Shown here piece after piece: positions 18,856-29,654 of a stretch of 64,000 nucleotides of DNA; position 1 is the stretch's first letter, and each line of letters opens with the position of its first letter. The translations under genes and the position numbers were made by a program. The stretch covers positions 5,694 through 69,693 of the forward strand of contig PLKG01000095.1 of assembly GCA_003140595.1 (NCBI GenBank), given 5' to 3'. The notes under the pieces are model-generated. The model was not told the DNA's origin and ran no database searches. It saw nothing but the letters and a program-made list of their open reading frames with translations. The stretch comes from Acidimicrobiaceae bacterium (GTDB lineage Bacteria > Actinomycetota > Acidimicrobiia > Acidimicrobiales > Bog-793).

Positions 18856-20916
18856 GTGAGACCACCACGAGCCCACGTCACACGAGCGAAGGCGGGCTCG
18901 AAGGTGGCGCTGAGCACCACCGCTCGTTTCATGCTCGCGCCGTCGCGAGGAATTGGCCCCCTGTGGCATAGCCTCGTCGCCTTTGGGGCGCTGTCGTTGT
19001 CGGGCCTGGTTCTCGTCACGCTTGTGGCGGCACCTCCCGTGGGCGCGGCGGGCCACAGCTCCGCAAGAGCTTCCGCGTCGGCGAAGGCACCTTCAGGCGT
19101 AGAGGTCGTCGGATGGGGATTCGACGAGCCCTGGGCCATCACCGCCGACGGCACACACGCCTGGGTTGTGAACCGTGGCAAGTCGGTCACCGAGATCTCT
19201 GCCTCCGACGGCACCCAGACAAGGATGATCAGCGGCCCGGAATACGGGTTCAACGGCTCGATGGGCATCACCTCGGACGGCTCCCACATCTGGGTGGCAA
19301 ACGCGAACGGCCAGTCGGTCACAGAGCTGTCGGCCTCGACCGGCGCCCTGGTAAGGGTCATCAAAGGGCCGGCGTACGGCTTTGACGACCCGTGGGCAGT
19401 TACCAATGACGGCACGGAGCTCTGGGTGACGAACGAGAGCTCGGTCACAGAGTTGTCGGTGTCGACCGGCGCCCTCGTAAGGGACATCAAAGGACCGGCG
19501 TACAGCTTCCACGACCCGTGGGCCATCACCGCCGACGGACCCCACATCTGGGTGAGGAACGAGGGTTCTGTCACTGAGCTGTCCGCCTCGACCGGCGCCC
19601 TGGTCAAGGTCATCGGTGGTCCGAGCTTCGGGTTTGACGGCTCGCTCGGTGCAGAAGGGATCACATCGAGCGGCGCCTTCATCTGGGTGACAAACGATTT
19701 GGCCAACTCGGTAACCGAGCTGTCCGCCTCGACCGGCGCCCTCGTCAAGGTGATCCGTGGTCCGAGGTACGGTCTCGATGACCCCTCGAGCATCATCTCG
19801 GACGGGAATCACCTCTGGGTGGCCAACACGGCCGGAAATTCGGTCACCGAGCTCTCTTCGTCGACGGGAGCCCTGATCAAGGTCGTCAATGGCCGGAGGT
19901 ACGGCTTCGAGGGTTCCCTCGGCATGGCCGTCGGTGGTACCGAGATATGGGTGGCTAACTCCGGCGGCAACTCGGTTACCGAGCTGTCAGCCTCGACGGG
20001 GGCCCTCACGAGGCTCACGAGCGGCTCGAGGTACAAGTTCAAGGACCCCGACGCCCTCACTTTCGGCGGCGGCGACGTCTGGGTGGCGAACTCCGCCGGC
20101 AACTCGGTCACCGAGCTCTCGGCCGTGACCGGTGCCCTTGTCAGGGTCGTCCGCGGCGCAGGCTACGGGTTCGAGGGTCCTGCTGCTATCACCTCTGACG
20201 GCGCACACATCTGGGTGGCCAACACGGCCGGATATTCGGTCACCGAACTCTCTGCCACAACCGGCTCGATCGTCAGGGTCGTCAGTGGCCTCACCTTAGG
20301 GTTCAATTATCCTGATGCGGTCATCACGATCGGCACCCATGTCTGGGTGGCGAACGAGGACAACGTGATCACTGAGTTCTCCTCGTCGAACGGCGGCCTC
20401 GTACGGACCATCAACGGCTCGGCTTACGGGTTCGACGGCCCAGACGCCATCACCTCTGACGGCTCTCATATCTGGGTGGCGAACTCATCTGACAACTCGG
20501 TCACCGAGTTCTCGGCCCTGAGTGGCGCCCTTGTCCGCGTCATCGGCGGCTCGAGGAATGGGTTCGACGACCCCTCGGGCATCACTGTGGCCGGCACCGG
20601 TATCTGGGTGTCGAACGAGGGAGACAACTCGGTCACCGAGCTCTCGGCTTCGACCGGAAACCTGGTCAGGATCATCAGGGGCTCCAACTACGGGTTCGGC
20701 GCCCCAGACACGATCACTTCGCACGGCGCCCACATCTGGGTTGTGAACCAAGGCGGTTCGGTCACGGAGCTATCGGCCTCGACCGGCAGCCTGGTCAAGA
20801 TCTTCAGTGGCGCGGCTTATGGGTTCGACGAGCCCTCTGGCTTCGCCACGGCCGGCGGCCGCGTCTGGGTGGCGAACACGAACGGCCAGTCGGTGACAGA
20901 GTTCCCGGTTTCCTGA
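18856..20916 (+). CDS. Exported NHL/Vgb-like repeat protein, probable double 7-bladed beta-propeller
   Basis: Hydrophobic N-terminal segment, then 14 repeats of about 43 aa (F.xP.aIt.DG.hiWVaN...SVTELSASTGaLvrvi.G..yG). Confidence 0.85.
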   Translation: MRPPRAHVTRAKAGSKVALSTTARFMLAPSRGIGPLWHSLVAFGALSLSGLVLVTLVAAPPVGAAGHSSARASASAKAPSGVEVVGWGFDEPWAITADGTHAWVVNRGKSVTEISASDGTQTRMISGPEYGFNGSMGITSDGSHIWVANANGQSVTELSASTGALVRVIKGPAYGFDDPWAVTNDGTELWVTNESSVTELSVSTGALVRDIKGPAYSFHDPWAITADGPHIWVRNEGSVTELSASTGALVKVIGGPSFGFDGSLGAEGITSSGAFIWVTNDLANSVTELSASTGALVKVIRGPRYGLDDPSSIISDGNHLWVANTAGNSVTELSSSTGALIKVVNGRRYGFEGSLGMAVGGTEIWVANSGGNSVTELSASTGALTRLTSGSRYKFKDPDALTFGGGDVWVANSAGNSVTELSAVTGALVRVVRGAGYGFEGPAAITSDGAHIWVANTAGYSVTELSATTGSIVRVVSGLTLGFNYPDAVITIGTHVWVANEDNVITEFSSSNGGLVRTINGSAYGFDGPDAITSDGSHIWVANSSDNSVTEFSALSGALVRVIGGSRNGFDDPSGITVAGTGIWVSNEGDNSVTELSASTGNLVRIIRGSNYGFGAPDTITSHGAHIWVVNQGGSVTELSASTGSLVKIFSGAAYGFDEPSGFATAGGRVWVANTNGQSVTEFPVS

Positions 20917-20962
20917 ATCGGCCCGCGCGCCTCTTCGTCTTCAACCTCTCGAGGAGGCCTGG

Positions 20963-22144
20963 TCATTTCGGGATGGGCGCCTGACCGAGCGACTTTTCAA
21001 ACCAGTGATGGGCGTAATGGTTGTCGTTGTAAGGAGCGATCTCGCTATAGCCGGACGAGTGATAGAGGCCGAGTGCCTCGGGAAGGTGGCTGCTGGTGTC
21101 CAATCGCACGAGCCGGTAGCCGAGACGGGTTGCCGCGGACTCCAGTCCGGCGAGCAGCCTGCGGCCGACGCCGCGACCGCGCACGGATGGGTCGATCCAC
21201 ATTCGTTTGATCTCCGCAGTGGTCGCGTCGATCTTGCGAACCGCCCCGCACCCAACTGCGCTCCCGCCGAGCCGGGCGATCAACAGGCAGCCGGACGGGG
21301 GGCACAGCTCTGTGCTCGGAGAGGCAACGGTGCGGTCGAGGTCGAATCCACCAGGGAACCGGTCGGTGAGCTCCTCGTAGTATCGGGCGAGCAGGTGGCC
21401 AGCCGTCTCGCTCTCCGGAGACTCTTCGACGAGCTCCAGATCATCACGGCCTTGGTTCGCCAGAGCCTTCTTGACTGCAGCGGCCGCGTGCAGGCGGGTC
21501 GTCGGGAAGACCGGCACCGAAGCGTCGTCCGCCCGGACGAGCAACTCGAGCTCGGTGCAGCCCAGGACCACTCCTTGAGCGCCGGCGGCCACCAGTCGGT
21601 CGATGATCGCCCGGTGCCTCTCGCGGGACTCCTCGCGGACGACACCCAAACAGAGCTCTTCGTAGATGGTGCTGTGGACCACCGCCCGGTCCTCAGAGGA
21701 AGGGATGATCACCTCGAGGCCGTGCGCTGCCAGCCGGTCCTTGTAGAAGGACTGCTCCATCGTAAATGCCGTGCCGAGAAGCCCGACCCGGTTGATACCT
21801 TCCGCGCGGATCGCCTCGACGACGACGTCAGTGACACGCAGCAGAGGGATGGACACTGCCAGCTCGATCGCGTCGGCCACCTTGTGCATGGTGTTGGCGC
21901 ACAACACAAGAAAGTCGGCCCCTGCCGCCTCCAGGGACCGTCCGACGGTCGCGAGGAGCTCTCCGGCTGTCTCCCAGGAGCCCGTGGCCTGGAGCCGTTC
22001 GATCTCGGCGAAGTCGACTGAGTAGAGAATGCACTGGGCCGAGTGCAGGCCACCCATCTCCTCGCGCACGAGCTCGTTGAGAACTCGGTAGTACTCCGCC
22101 GAGGACTCCCAGCTCATGCCACCGATCAGGCCAATGGTCTTCAT
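20963..22144 (-). CDS. Aspartate/glutamate racemase-family domain fused to a C-terminal GNAT acetyltransferase
   Basis: MKTIGLIGGMSWESS, LCANTMH, LGCTEL; then AEIKRMWIDPSVRGRGVGRRLL, ALGLYHSSGY in one frame. Confidence 0.9.
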   Translation of the reverse strand: MKTIGLIGGMSWESSAEYYRVLNELVREEMGGLHSAQCILYSVDFAEIERLQATGSWETAGELLATVGRSLEAAGADFLVLCANTMHKVADAIELAVSIPLLRVTDVVVEAIRAEGINRVGLLGTAFTMEQSFYKDRLAAHGLEVIIPSSEDRAVVHSTIYEELCLGVVREESRERHRAIIDRLVAAGAQGVVLGCTELELLVRADDASVPVFPTTRLHAAAAVKKALANQGRDDLELVEESPESETAGHLLARYYEELTDRFPGGFDLDRTVASPSTELCPPSGCLLIARLGGSAVGCGAVRKIDATTAEIKRMWIDPSVRGRGVGRRLLAGLESAATRLGYRLVRLDTSSHLPEALGLYHSSGYSEIAPYNDNHYAHHWFEKSLGQAPIPK

Positions 22145-22438
22145 CGGGCGATCTTCGCATGGGAGGAGTCGCAATGTCGCCCAACCGATCGCCCGCGGCC
22201 GGTGCGGTCAGTTGTCGACCGGGGTTCGCCGTCTCCTGGAAAGTCCAGGAATGCGTTCTTGTGACAGAGCCGCTCCCGCAAGGACGACGAGGCCACCGAG
22301 AGGCTCGTACCAGGAATGACTGGCTCGCCCACGAACGCGGCGCCGACGACAGCGAAGAGGGGAGTGATGCATATGACGGTGCTCGCTTTGGCGCCGCCAG
22401 CGTGTGAGACGACGTGATCGGGTCGACTCCGGTTCGGA

Positions 22439-23044
22439 TCAGTACCAGGCCGTCGTGAGACTTTCGGTTTCCAAGGTCTTGGACTGATAGCTCCTCGCGT
22501 ACCGCACGGTCCACGGCTCGGCCGTCCGGTCGGGAATGCTCGCCCAGCCCGTTCCCGGTATGCAGTAGTAGTTCAGAGCGACCTTGTCGACCACGGTGCC
22601 AGTGCCTGTCGCGGTGATACAGCGAACGCCGTTGGCGAGCTGGACCGCCCAGACCCACGGTTTGCCATTGGGGTGCTTGGCAGCGTCCGGTATCGACGCA
22701 GTGAGATCGAGGCGCGTTACCTTGCCCCACGGCGAGGCCATGCACGCCAGCTGCTTGAACGACTTGGTCTCAGGGGCGAAGCACGGGTCGTAGATGAGTG
22801 ACGCGCTCGTCATGCACCGATAGGCGTCGCCGGCAGAGACGGCGACGGAGCTAGTCCAGCAGGTGCCCTTGACGGTGCCGGCGACCTTCAGCCCCGAGTC
22901 CAGCTTCCCGGCCGAGGTCCACGGATACTCCGTGTCGATCCGTGTCCTGCTTGCAGTGGCGGCTGTTGCAGGTGCCGCGCCGCCGAGCGCTACCAGCACC
23001 GCCGCGACGGCAGCGCCACGCCACTTTCGCCTATCTCTCTGCAT
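22439..23044 (-). CDS. Secreted cysteine-containing hypothetical protein
   Basis: Signal peptide, six Cys, SD GGGAGG. Confidence 0.75.
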   Translation of the reverse strand: MQRDRRKWRGAAVAAVLVALGGAAPATAATASRTRIDTEYPWTSAGKLDSGLKVAGTVKGTCWTSSVAVSAGDAYRCMTSASLIYDPCFAPETKSFKQLACMASPWGKVTRLDLTASIPDAAKHPNGKPWVWAVQLANGVRCITATGTGTVVDKVALNYYCIPGTGWASIPDRTAEPWTVRYARSYQSKTLETESLTTAWY

Positions 23045-23412
23045 CGGGCCCTCCCGTTCTCGGCGGCGAGCGTAGCTGGATACTCAGACGATCAGTCCTC
23101 GCCCATCTCCGCTTGCAGCGGAGCGCGGACCGGCATTTGAGTCCCGGCGGCCTGTTGAGCGGCAGTGGCGCTGGTCCTCGACGCACAGCACCACACGAAC
23201 CCTCACTCGGATGCGTTCTCCTGTCGCCGCGGGTCCGGTCCCGCGAGCGGGCGAAATGGGGCAGTGGGAGCCGGGATGGGAGGAGCCTCGGGGCTCCCTT
23301 CTTCTCGCCCGCCTGAACAGGACCTCAAGATCCTCTGTGTCCGCGTCGCGCCCTCGGAGAACTGCGAAGACAAACCCGCCGGAGCGTCGTGGCACTCCGG
23401 GACGCCGATGAC

Positions 23413-24054
23413 TCAATCGAAGGCCGATGCAATGATCAGCACACCGAGTCCGACCATGACAAGCCCGCCGATCGTGCGGAGCGCCACCAGTCGTGTGGAG
23501 GAGCCCGCGAGCCACTCGCGCGCCGTTCCTGCGATCAGGCCCCACGTGCCGTCAGAGAGAACGGCGAGGAGGCTGAAAATGACTCCGAGCGCCAGCAGCT
23601 GCCCGGTCACGTTTCCCGACGAGCGATCGATGAAATGGGGGAACACGGCCACGAAGAAGATGAGCGCCTTGGGATTGAGTCCGCCGACGACAAAACCCTG
23701 TTGGATGACTCGTGATGCGCGAGGTTTGGCTGATTCGACATTCGTCATGGACGCCGCATGAGCGTGCCGGCGCCGCAACGCGTCGCTCCCCAGCCACAGC
23801 AGAAAGAGGCCGCCGGCAACTTCGACGACGGTTGTGAAGAGTTTGGAGTGGGCCAAGAGGGGGCCGAGGCCGACCGCTACCAATGCGGAAAGAACCAGTA
23901 TTCCAAGGCCGTTGCCCACCACGGTGAGGACCGCGACGGTTCTGCCCCAGGCGATGCCCCTTGCAATAGTGAAGAGCACGCTCGGCCCCGGGACGATGAT
24001 GATCGCGAGGGAAGCCAGGGTGAAGCCGATTAGGTGCGATGTAGGAATGCTCAA
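23413..24054 (-). CDS. LysE/RhtB family translocator
   Basis: IIVPGPSVLFTIARG, GFVVGGLNPKALIFF. Confidence 0.92.
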   Translation of the reverse strand: MSIPTSHLIGFTLASLAIIIVPGPSVLFTIARGIAWGRTVAVLTVVGNGLGILVLSALVAVGLGPLLAHSKLFTTVVEVAGGLFLLWLGSDALRRRHAHAASMTNVESAKPRASRVIQQGFVVGGLNPKALIFFVAVFPHFIDRSSGNVTGQLLALGVIFSLLAVLSDGTWGLIAGTAREWLAGSSTRLVALRTIGGLVMVGLGVLIIASAFD

Positions 24055-24309
24055 CGATCTTGCCCATCTTGATGCACGAACCAGAGGTCTTGTCGGAAAG
24101 GTGCGCCAACGATATCCCCGAAGCGCTGTTCCGCCGGGAACCCCAGAAACGGGCCAAGCGCGTTCGTCCTGGATCCCCACGCGCGAGCAGAACAGGAATG
24201 CGGGCCGCGGTCAGATCGGTGCTCGACGGGCGCGTGGCGAGCGATCGCGTAACCCTGCTCAGCCCGGTCGACGACTGCACCGGCGGCACCCGGTGGCAGG
24301 ATGGCGCGC

Positions 24310-24852
24310 ATGGGAACCTTCAGGCTCGGCAGGCTCTCCAGTGTCCCGGCATTCTTACGCACCGATTTGTTGGCCGATCCGACCCGGAGGGCGCTCGTCG
24401 AGACCGGACTCCTCGGCGACGTCGGAGTGGTCGAGATCGACCCGGCCCTCTCAGACACGGCCACGACCCAGCACCACTTCGGGCTCGAGCCCGAATCGCT
24501 CGCCAATTGTGTTGTCGTCGGCGGCAAGCGCGAGGGGACCGAGCGACTGGCTGCCTGCGTCGTGCTCGCTGCGGCCCGCGCCGACATCAACGGGGTCGTC
24601 AAGCGGTTCTTGGACGTTCGAAAAGCCTCGTTTCTCCCGATGGCCCGCGCCGTGGAGCTCACCGACATGGAATACGGCGGGATCACGCCCATCGGCCTTC
24701 CGTCCGGCTGGCCCGTGCTCGTCGACCGCGGTGTCATCGAGGCCGACGTGGTTCTCATCGGGTCCGGTGTGCGCCGCTCCAAGATCTTGCTCCCCGGGTC
24801 ACTTCTGGCCCGGCTCCCGGGCGTCGTGGTGATCGACGGGCTGGCGCTGTAA
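24310..24852 (+). CDS. YbaK/EbsC-family aminoacyl-tRNA deacylase
   Basis: ANCVVVGGKR, RKASF, MEYGGITPIGLP, GSGVRRSK. Confidence 0.9.
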   Translation: MGTFRLGRLSSVPAFLRTDLLADPTRRALVETGLLGDVGVVEIDPALSDTATTQHHFGLEPESLANCVVVGGKREGTERLAACVVLAAARADINGVVKRFLDVRKASFLPMARAVELTDMEYGGITPIGLPSGWPVLVDRGVIEADVVLIGSGVRRSKILLPGSLLARLPGVVVIDGLAL

Positions 24853-25044
24853 CCGCGCACTCGGTTCGTTCCGTCCGACCAAACGGGCCGGACCCCTACA
24901 CGCGGAGTCGACGGCGATCTCGAGGGGATTCGGCACTTTGTCGTCGGCACCGGAGTCCGGGACGCGTCGCTCTTTGCGACTCAGCGGAAGGGCCGGGTCC
25001 TCCCGGTGTCAAGAGGAGTGCTCGCCACGCTCTCTTTCACCTCG

Positions 25045-25143
25045 CCTCCTGTCGCGAAAGGACAAGAAGACCCACCCAAGATTCCTATTTGCCGGGCGCC
25101 GGGCTCTGTTGCTTGGGTGATATCCCAGAGCCGAGCGGGTCTT
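25045..25143 (-). ncRNA. Candidate structured RNA (pseudoknot plus SD-sequestering hairpin)
   Basis: Three perfect 7-8 bp complementary pairs plus a 9-bp G-U-containing hairpin over AGGAGG; family not recognised. Confidence 0.4.
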
Positions 25144-25961
25144 CACTGAGCCGAAGAGAGAGATCCCGGGATCCGTGCCCAGAAGAGGATGCGCTTAAAG
25201 GTGTAGAAGTACGGGGCTTGCTCGCCGAGGACCTCGCTGAGGCGTCTCTCATAGCGGTCCACGAACAGGTCGAACAGGTCCGGTGGAAGCAAGTTCTTTG
25301 CGCGCAAGAGAGTGGTGCCCTTCGTCCACTCGACGACTGCCGCGCTCGAGGCGAGGCGGTGGCCGTACACCTGCAAGCGGACGAGCTGATCCGAGAATCC
25401 CATCCCGTCGAGAAGCTCGGCATACCGCTGGGGCGCGCACACGACGTGCGCGCCAGCGACCGGATCGTCGCCCATGTGCTCGAGGAACGGAGCTTGCTGT
25501 GCCAGCTCGAATGCAACCGCGTGGGAAGGGTGGTCGGCATTTGCGGGGACCTGAACGGCCAGTTGGCCTCCGGGGCGCAAGCCGGCCGCCAGTTGCCGCA
25601 GCAGTCGCGGGTGATCGGGCACCCACTGCAGGCTGGCGTTGGCGAAAACGACGTCGAAGCAGGCTCGGGAGTCGAAGCGGCTGATGTCGCCCAATTCGAA
25701 CCGCAAACCGTTGCCGGCCAGGGGTAGGGCCCGGGCCAGCATCGACTCTGCCGCGTCGATCCCGATGGTCGCCCCAGCCCGGGTATGTGCGTGCAGCTTG
25801 GTCGTCAGCTCTCCAGTGCCGCACCCCAGATCGATCACGTCACCGCCAGGAACCGGCTCGACCATCGCGAGGAGATCGAAGAACGGCTTGGCACGTTCGG
25901 CGGCGAACTTCAAGTACTGGTCGGGATCCCATCTGTGGGTCACCATCGTCTCGTCCCGCAT
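25143..25961 (-). CDS. tam: Trans-aconitate 2-methyltransferase-like SAM methyltransferase
   Basis: WDPDQYLKFAAERAKPFFDLL, DLGCGTG, NASLQWVPDH, GGQLAVQVP. Confidence 0.88.
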   Translation of the reverse strand: MRDETMVTHRWDPDQYLKFAAERAKPFFDLLAMVEPVPGGDVIDLGCGTGELTTKLHAHTRAGATIGIDAAESMLARALPLAGNGLRFELGDISRFDSRACFDVVFANASLQWVPDHPRLLRQLAAGLRPGGQLAVQVPANADHPSHAVAFELAQQAPFLEHMGDDPVAGAHVVCAPQRYAELLDGMGFSDQLVRLQVYGHRLASSAAVVEWTKGTTLLRAKNLLPPDLFDLFVDRYERRLSEVLGEQAPYFYTFKRILFWARIPGSLSSAQ

Positions 25962-26067
25962 CGCAGTACCTCCCGGCATCGTGGGCGGTGGTTCGCCCAA
26001 GCCAGACTATTGACAGCACTCCACCACGACACAACGCGGTGAAGTGGCCGTCCCTATTGTGAAGGCG

Positions 26068-26703
26068 ATGAAACGATCGCCCGCTGCTCCGCCAGGAGAG
26101 GTCCTCCTCGACGGCTTCGTGTTGCGCCGCTACAGCCTCGGCGATGCTCCGGCACTGGCGGCGGCCGTGGGCGAGAGCCTGGAGCACCTCCGCCCCTTCA
26201 TGCCATGGGTGGCGTTGGAGCCGACGACCTTGGCCGAGCGCGAGGAGCTCCTCAGACGCTGGGACGACGACTGGGCCAACGGCAGGCAGTATTCCTACGG
26301 GATGTTCCGGAGAGACCGCGTCGTCGGGGGAGCGGGCCTCATGCGACGGATCGCCGCGAACGGCCTTGAGATCGGTTACTGGGTGCATCCGGCCTTCACC
26401 GGGAGAGGGTTTGCGACTCGTGCGGCGCGAGCGCTGACGATCATCGGGTTGAGCCTTCCCGGCGTCTCCCATATCGAGATCCATCACGACAAGGCGAACG
26501 TGGCAAGCGGTCGTGTCCCCCTCAAGCTGGGTTTCGAGATGGTGGGCGACAAGCGCGTCAAGCCGGCTGCACCAGGTGAGAGCGGACTGAGCTGTGTCTG
26601 GCGGGTGGGTCGCTCGAGTTGGGCAGCAAGCGACACCGAGTCAGCTCCCGGGCTGCCAGCGGCGACCGAAACCGAGTCCACTCGTTTCAGTCGACACGAC
26701 TAG
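26068..26703 (+). CDS. RimJ/RimL-family GNAT acetyltransferase
   Basis: [39 protein letters not shown]. Confidence 0.9.
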   Translation: MKRSPAAPPGEVLLDGFVLRRYSLGDAPALAAAVGESLEHLRPFMPWVALEPTTLAEREELLRRWDDDWANGRQYSYGMFRRDRVVGGAGLMRRIAANGLEIGYWVHPAFTGRGFATRAARALTIIGLSLPGVSHIEIHHDKANVASGRVPLKLGFEMVGDKRVKPAAPGESGLSCVWRVGRSSWAASDTESAPGLPAATETESTRFSRHD

Positions 26704-27755
26704 TCCGTTCGCGCCAACCATTCTTCTAACCGGCCCGGGAGGTCGGTGAGGGAGAAGTGTGCCCGCGCCACCGCCTGGTTGCGGTCGAGAAGTAGAGGCT
26801 CGGGGTTCGCGAGCCATGAGGCCAAAGGTTTCGGATCCTCGATCTCGAACCATCGAAATCCGAGATTCCTGATCTCTGTGCCGACCGGGTAAGGACCGAC
26901 CGCCAAGGGTCGCCGGTGAAAGGCCGATTCGACGCTCGGATTGCCGAACCCCTCCCAGGTGGAGGGCAAGGTCACAACGTCGCATGTCGCGTAGGCGTCT
27001 GCCATCGTCGCGTCCGCGACCGCCGGTCCGCGAAGCACGCGTGTCCTGCCCTGGGCGGCTTCGATCAGCCGTTCGAGCTCCCGGTCGTAGCCGTCCTCGG
27101 CAGGTCCGAGCAGCCAGTAGACCGCACCCAGGCCGATCGCGAGGCGCAGCCCGCCGGCGACGTTCTTTCGCGCAATGGCTCGCGTCGGCTGGAGAACGAG
27201 GAACTCCTCGTCCGCGACGCCCAGAGCGGTCCGGCCCGAAGTGCGGTCACCGAGCGGCGGATTCGGATCGAAACAGTTGTAGAAGACGTCGGCGTCGATT
27301 CGTCTGGCCGCCAGTTCCCGCTTGGACCGGGCGTTGATACAGACATGGCGCCAGGCAGTGTCGGTAGGGGGCGCCCCGAGGCGCGCAAGATGCGGGCGCT
27401 GCCAGGCGAGGTCGTGATGACGCAGGATCGCAGGCCGGTGGATCAAGGTCGCGGCGACGACTTCGCCGGCTACAGGATTCAACGGGAGAGAGCAGATGTT
27501 CTCGACGAGCACCAGGTCCGCGCCCGAAAGCGCGTCAGCGACCTCGGATCGCAATGCGGGGACGTCGTCGACCACGGCGTCGATTGCCAGGCCCGGCACC
27601 AGCCGGTCCGCAATGCCGCTACCGGCGACGGTCGTCACCTTGAACCCGAGCTGGCCGAAGGCCCAGGCCCACTTGCCGGCCTCCACCGAAACGCCGTCCT
27701 GGCGGCCGAGGCGGTAGGAAACGACCGCCAAGGTGCCAGAGTCCGGGAAGCCCAC
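26700..27755 (-). CDS. Glycosyltransferase family 4
   Basis: [43 protein letters not shown]. Confidence 0.9.
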   Translation of the reverse strand: MGFPDSGTLAVVSYRLGRQDGVSVEAGKWAWAFGQLGFKVTTVAGSGIADRLVPGLAIDAVVDDVPALRSEVADALSGADLVLVENICSLPLNPVAGEVVAATLIHRPAILRHHDLAWQRPHLARLGAPPTDTAWRHVCINARSKRELAARRIDADVFYNCFDPNPPLGDRTSGRTALGVADEEFLVLQPTRAIARKNVAGGLRLAIGLGAVYWLLGPAEDGYDRELERLIEAAQGRTRVLRGPAVADATMADAYATCDVVTLPSTWEGFGNPSVESAFHRRPLAVGPYPVGTEIRNLGFRWFEIEDPKPLASWLANPEPLLLDRNQAVARAHFSLTDLPGRLEEWLARTD

Positions 27756-27849
27756 GAACGCACCGTAGCTGTCGGCGGTGTCCGCCAGGACGTTACCGCC
27801 GGCCCACCGTGGTCTCTGCTTCCTTGCGACGGCGGGCGCCAGGCTCTAG

Positions 27850-28830
<981 letters not shown>

Positions 28831-28967
28831 GCTCTGGAGCGGCTCGTAGATTCGTGGTCGAGCGAGGTGGCCGCGGCCGCTGCGAGCGGTCGTGAGGCGG
28901 TGGCCGCTTCGCAGTCGGCCTCCCGCGTGACCTGCATGCCGCCTGACCCGTAACATGGGCGATCTTC

Positions 28968-29654
28968 ATGCCGCCTGCTGTTCGTCTCCACGAGGCCGTA
29001 GCGCTCGCCGGCCGATTCCCCCTCCTCGCAGGAGCCTGTCTGGAAGTTGGCGAAGGCGAGGTTGTGCATCTGCGCGGCCCGAACGGCGCGGGCAAGACGA
29101 GCCTGCTCAAGGTCCTCGCCGGGTTGTTGCCGGTGCACTCGGGCGAGGCGACCGTGCTCGGCTGGGACCTGGTGGCCGATCGGCGTGCGGTGCGGGGACA
29201 GGTGGGCATGCTCGGCCACGAGTCGTTCCTATACGAGGAGCTGACGGTGGAGGAGAACCTGGAGTTCGCTGTCCGAGCCTCGAGGGGCCCGGTCGTGGGA
29301 ATCCGCCCGGCGCTCGAGCAGTTCGGTTTCACGGGTCGCCTCGCGTCGATTCCGCTGGCACGGTGCTCCGCCGGCCAGCGGCGACGGGCCTCTCTTGCCC
29401 TGCTCGTCGCGCGGGGTGCCCGGTTGTGGTTGCTCGACGAGCCGCACGCGGGCCTTGACCAGGACGGCCGTGATCTTCTTGACGAGCTCCTCGCTGGGTC
29501 ACGGGCCGCTTCTCGCACCGTCGTGTTCGCCTCGCACGAGCTCGAGCGTGCAACGGCCATCGCGGACCGGACTGTTCACTTGGCGGGTGGCCGCGTAGTC
29601 GAGCCGCCGAAGACCCCCGAGTCGGTCGAACAAGCGGCGGCCCATGTTGCGTGA
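28968..29654 (+). CDS. ccmA: Cytochrome c maturation ABC ATPase
   Basis: GPNGAGKT, SAGQRRR, WLLDEP; first gene of the ccm operon. Confidence 0.9.
   Translation: MPPAVRLHEAVALAGRFPLLAGACLEVGEGEVVHLRGPNGAGKTSLLKVLAGLLPVHSGEATVLGWDLVADRRAVRGQVGMLGHESFLYEELTVEENLEFAVRASRGPVVGIRPALEQFGFTGRLASIPLARCSAGQRRRASLALLVARGARLWLLDEPHAGLDQDGRDLLDELLAGSRAASRTVVFASHELERATAIADRTVHLAGGRVVEPPKTPESVEQAAAHVA

Noticed and set aside
19120..20910. Periodic DNA repeats as a CRISPR array
   Set aside because: Degenerate, in-frame protein repeats with no unique spacers and no cas genes
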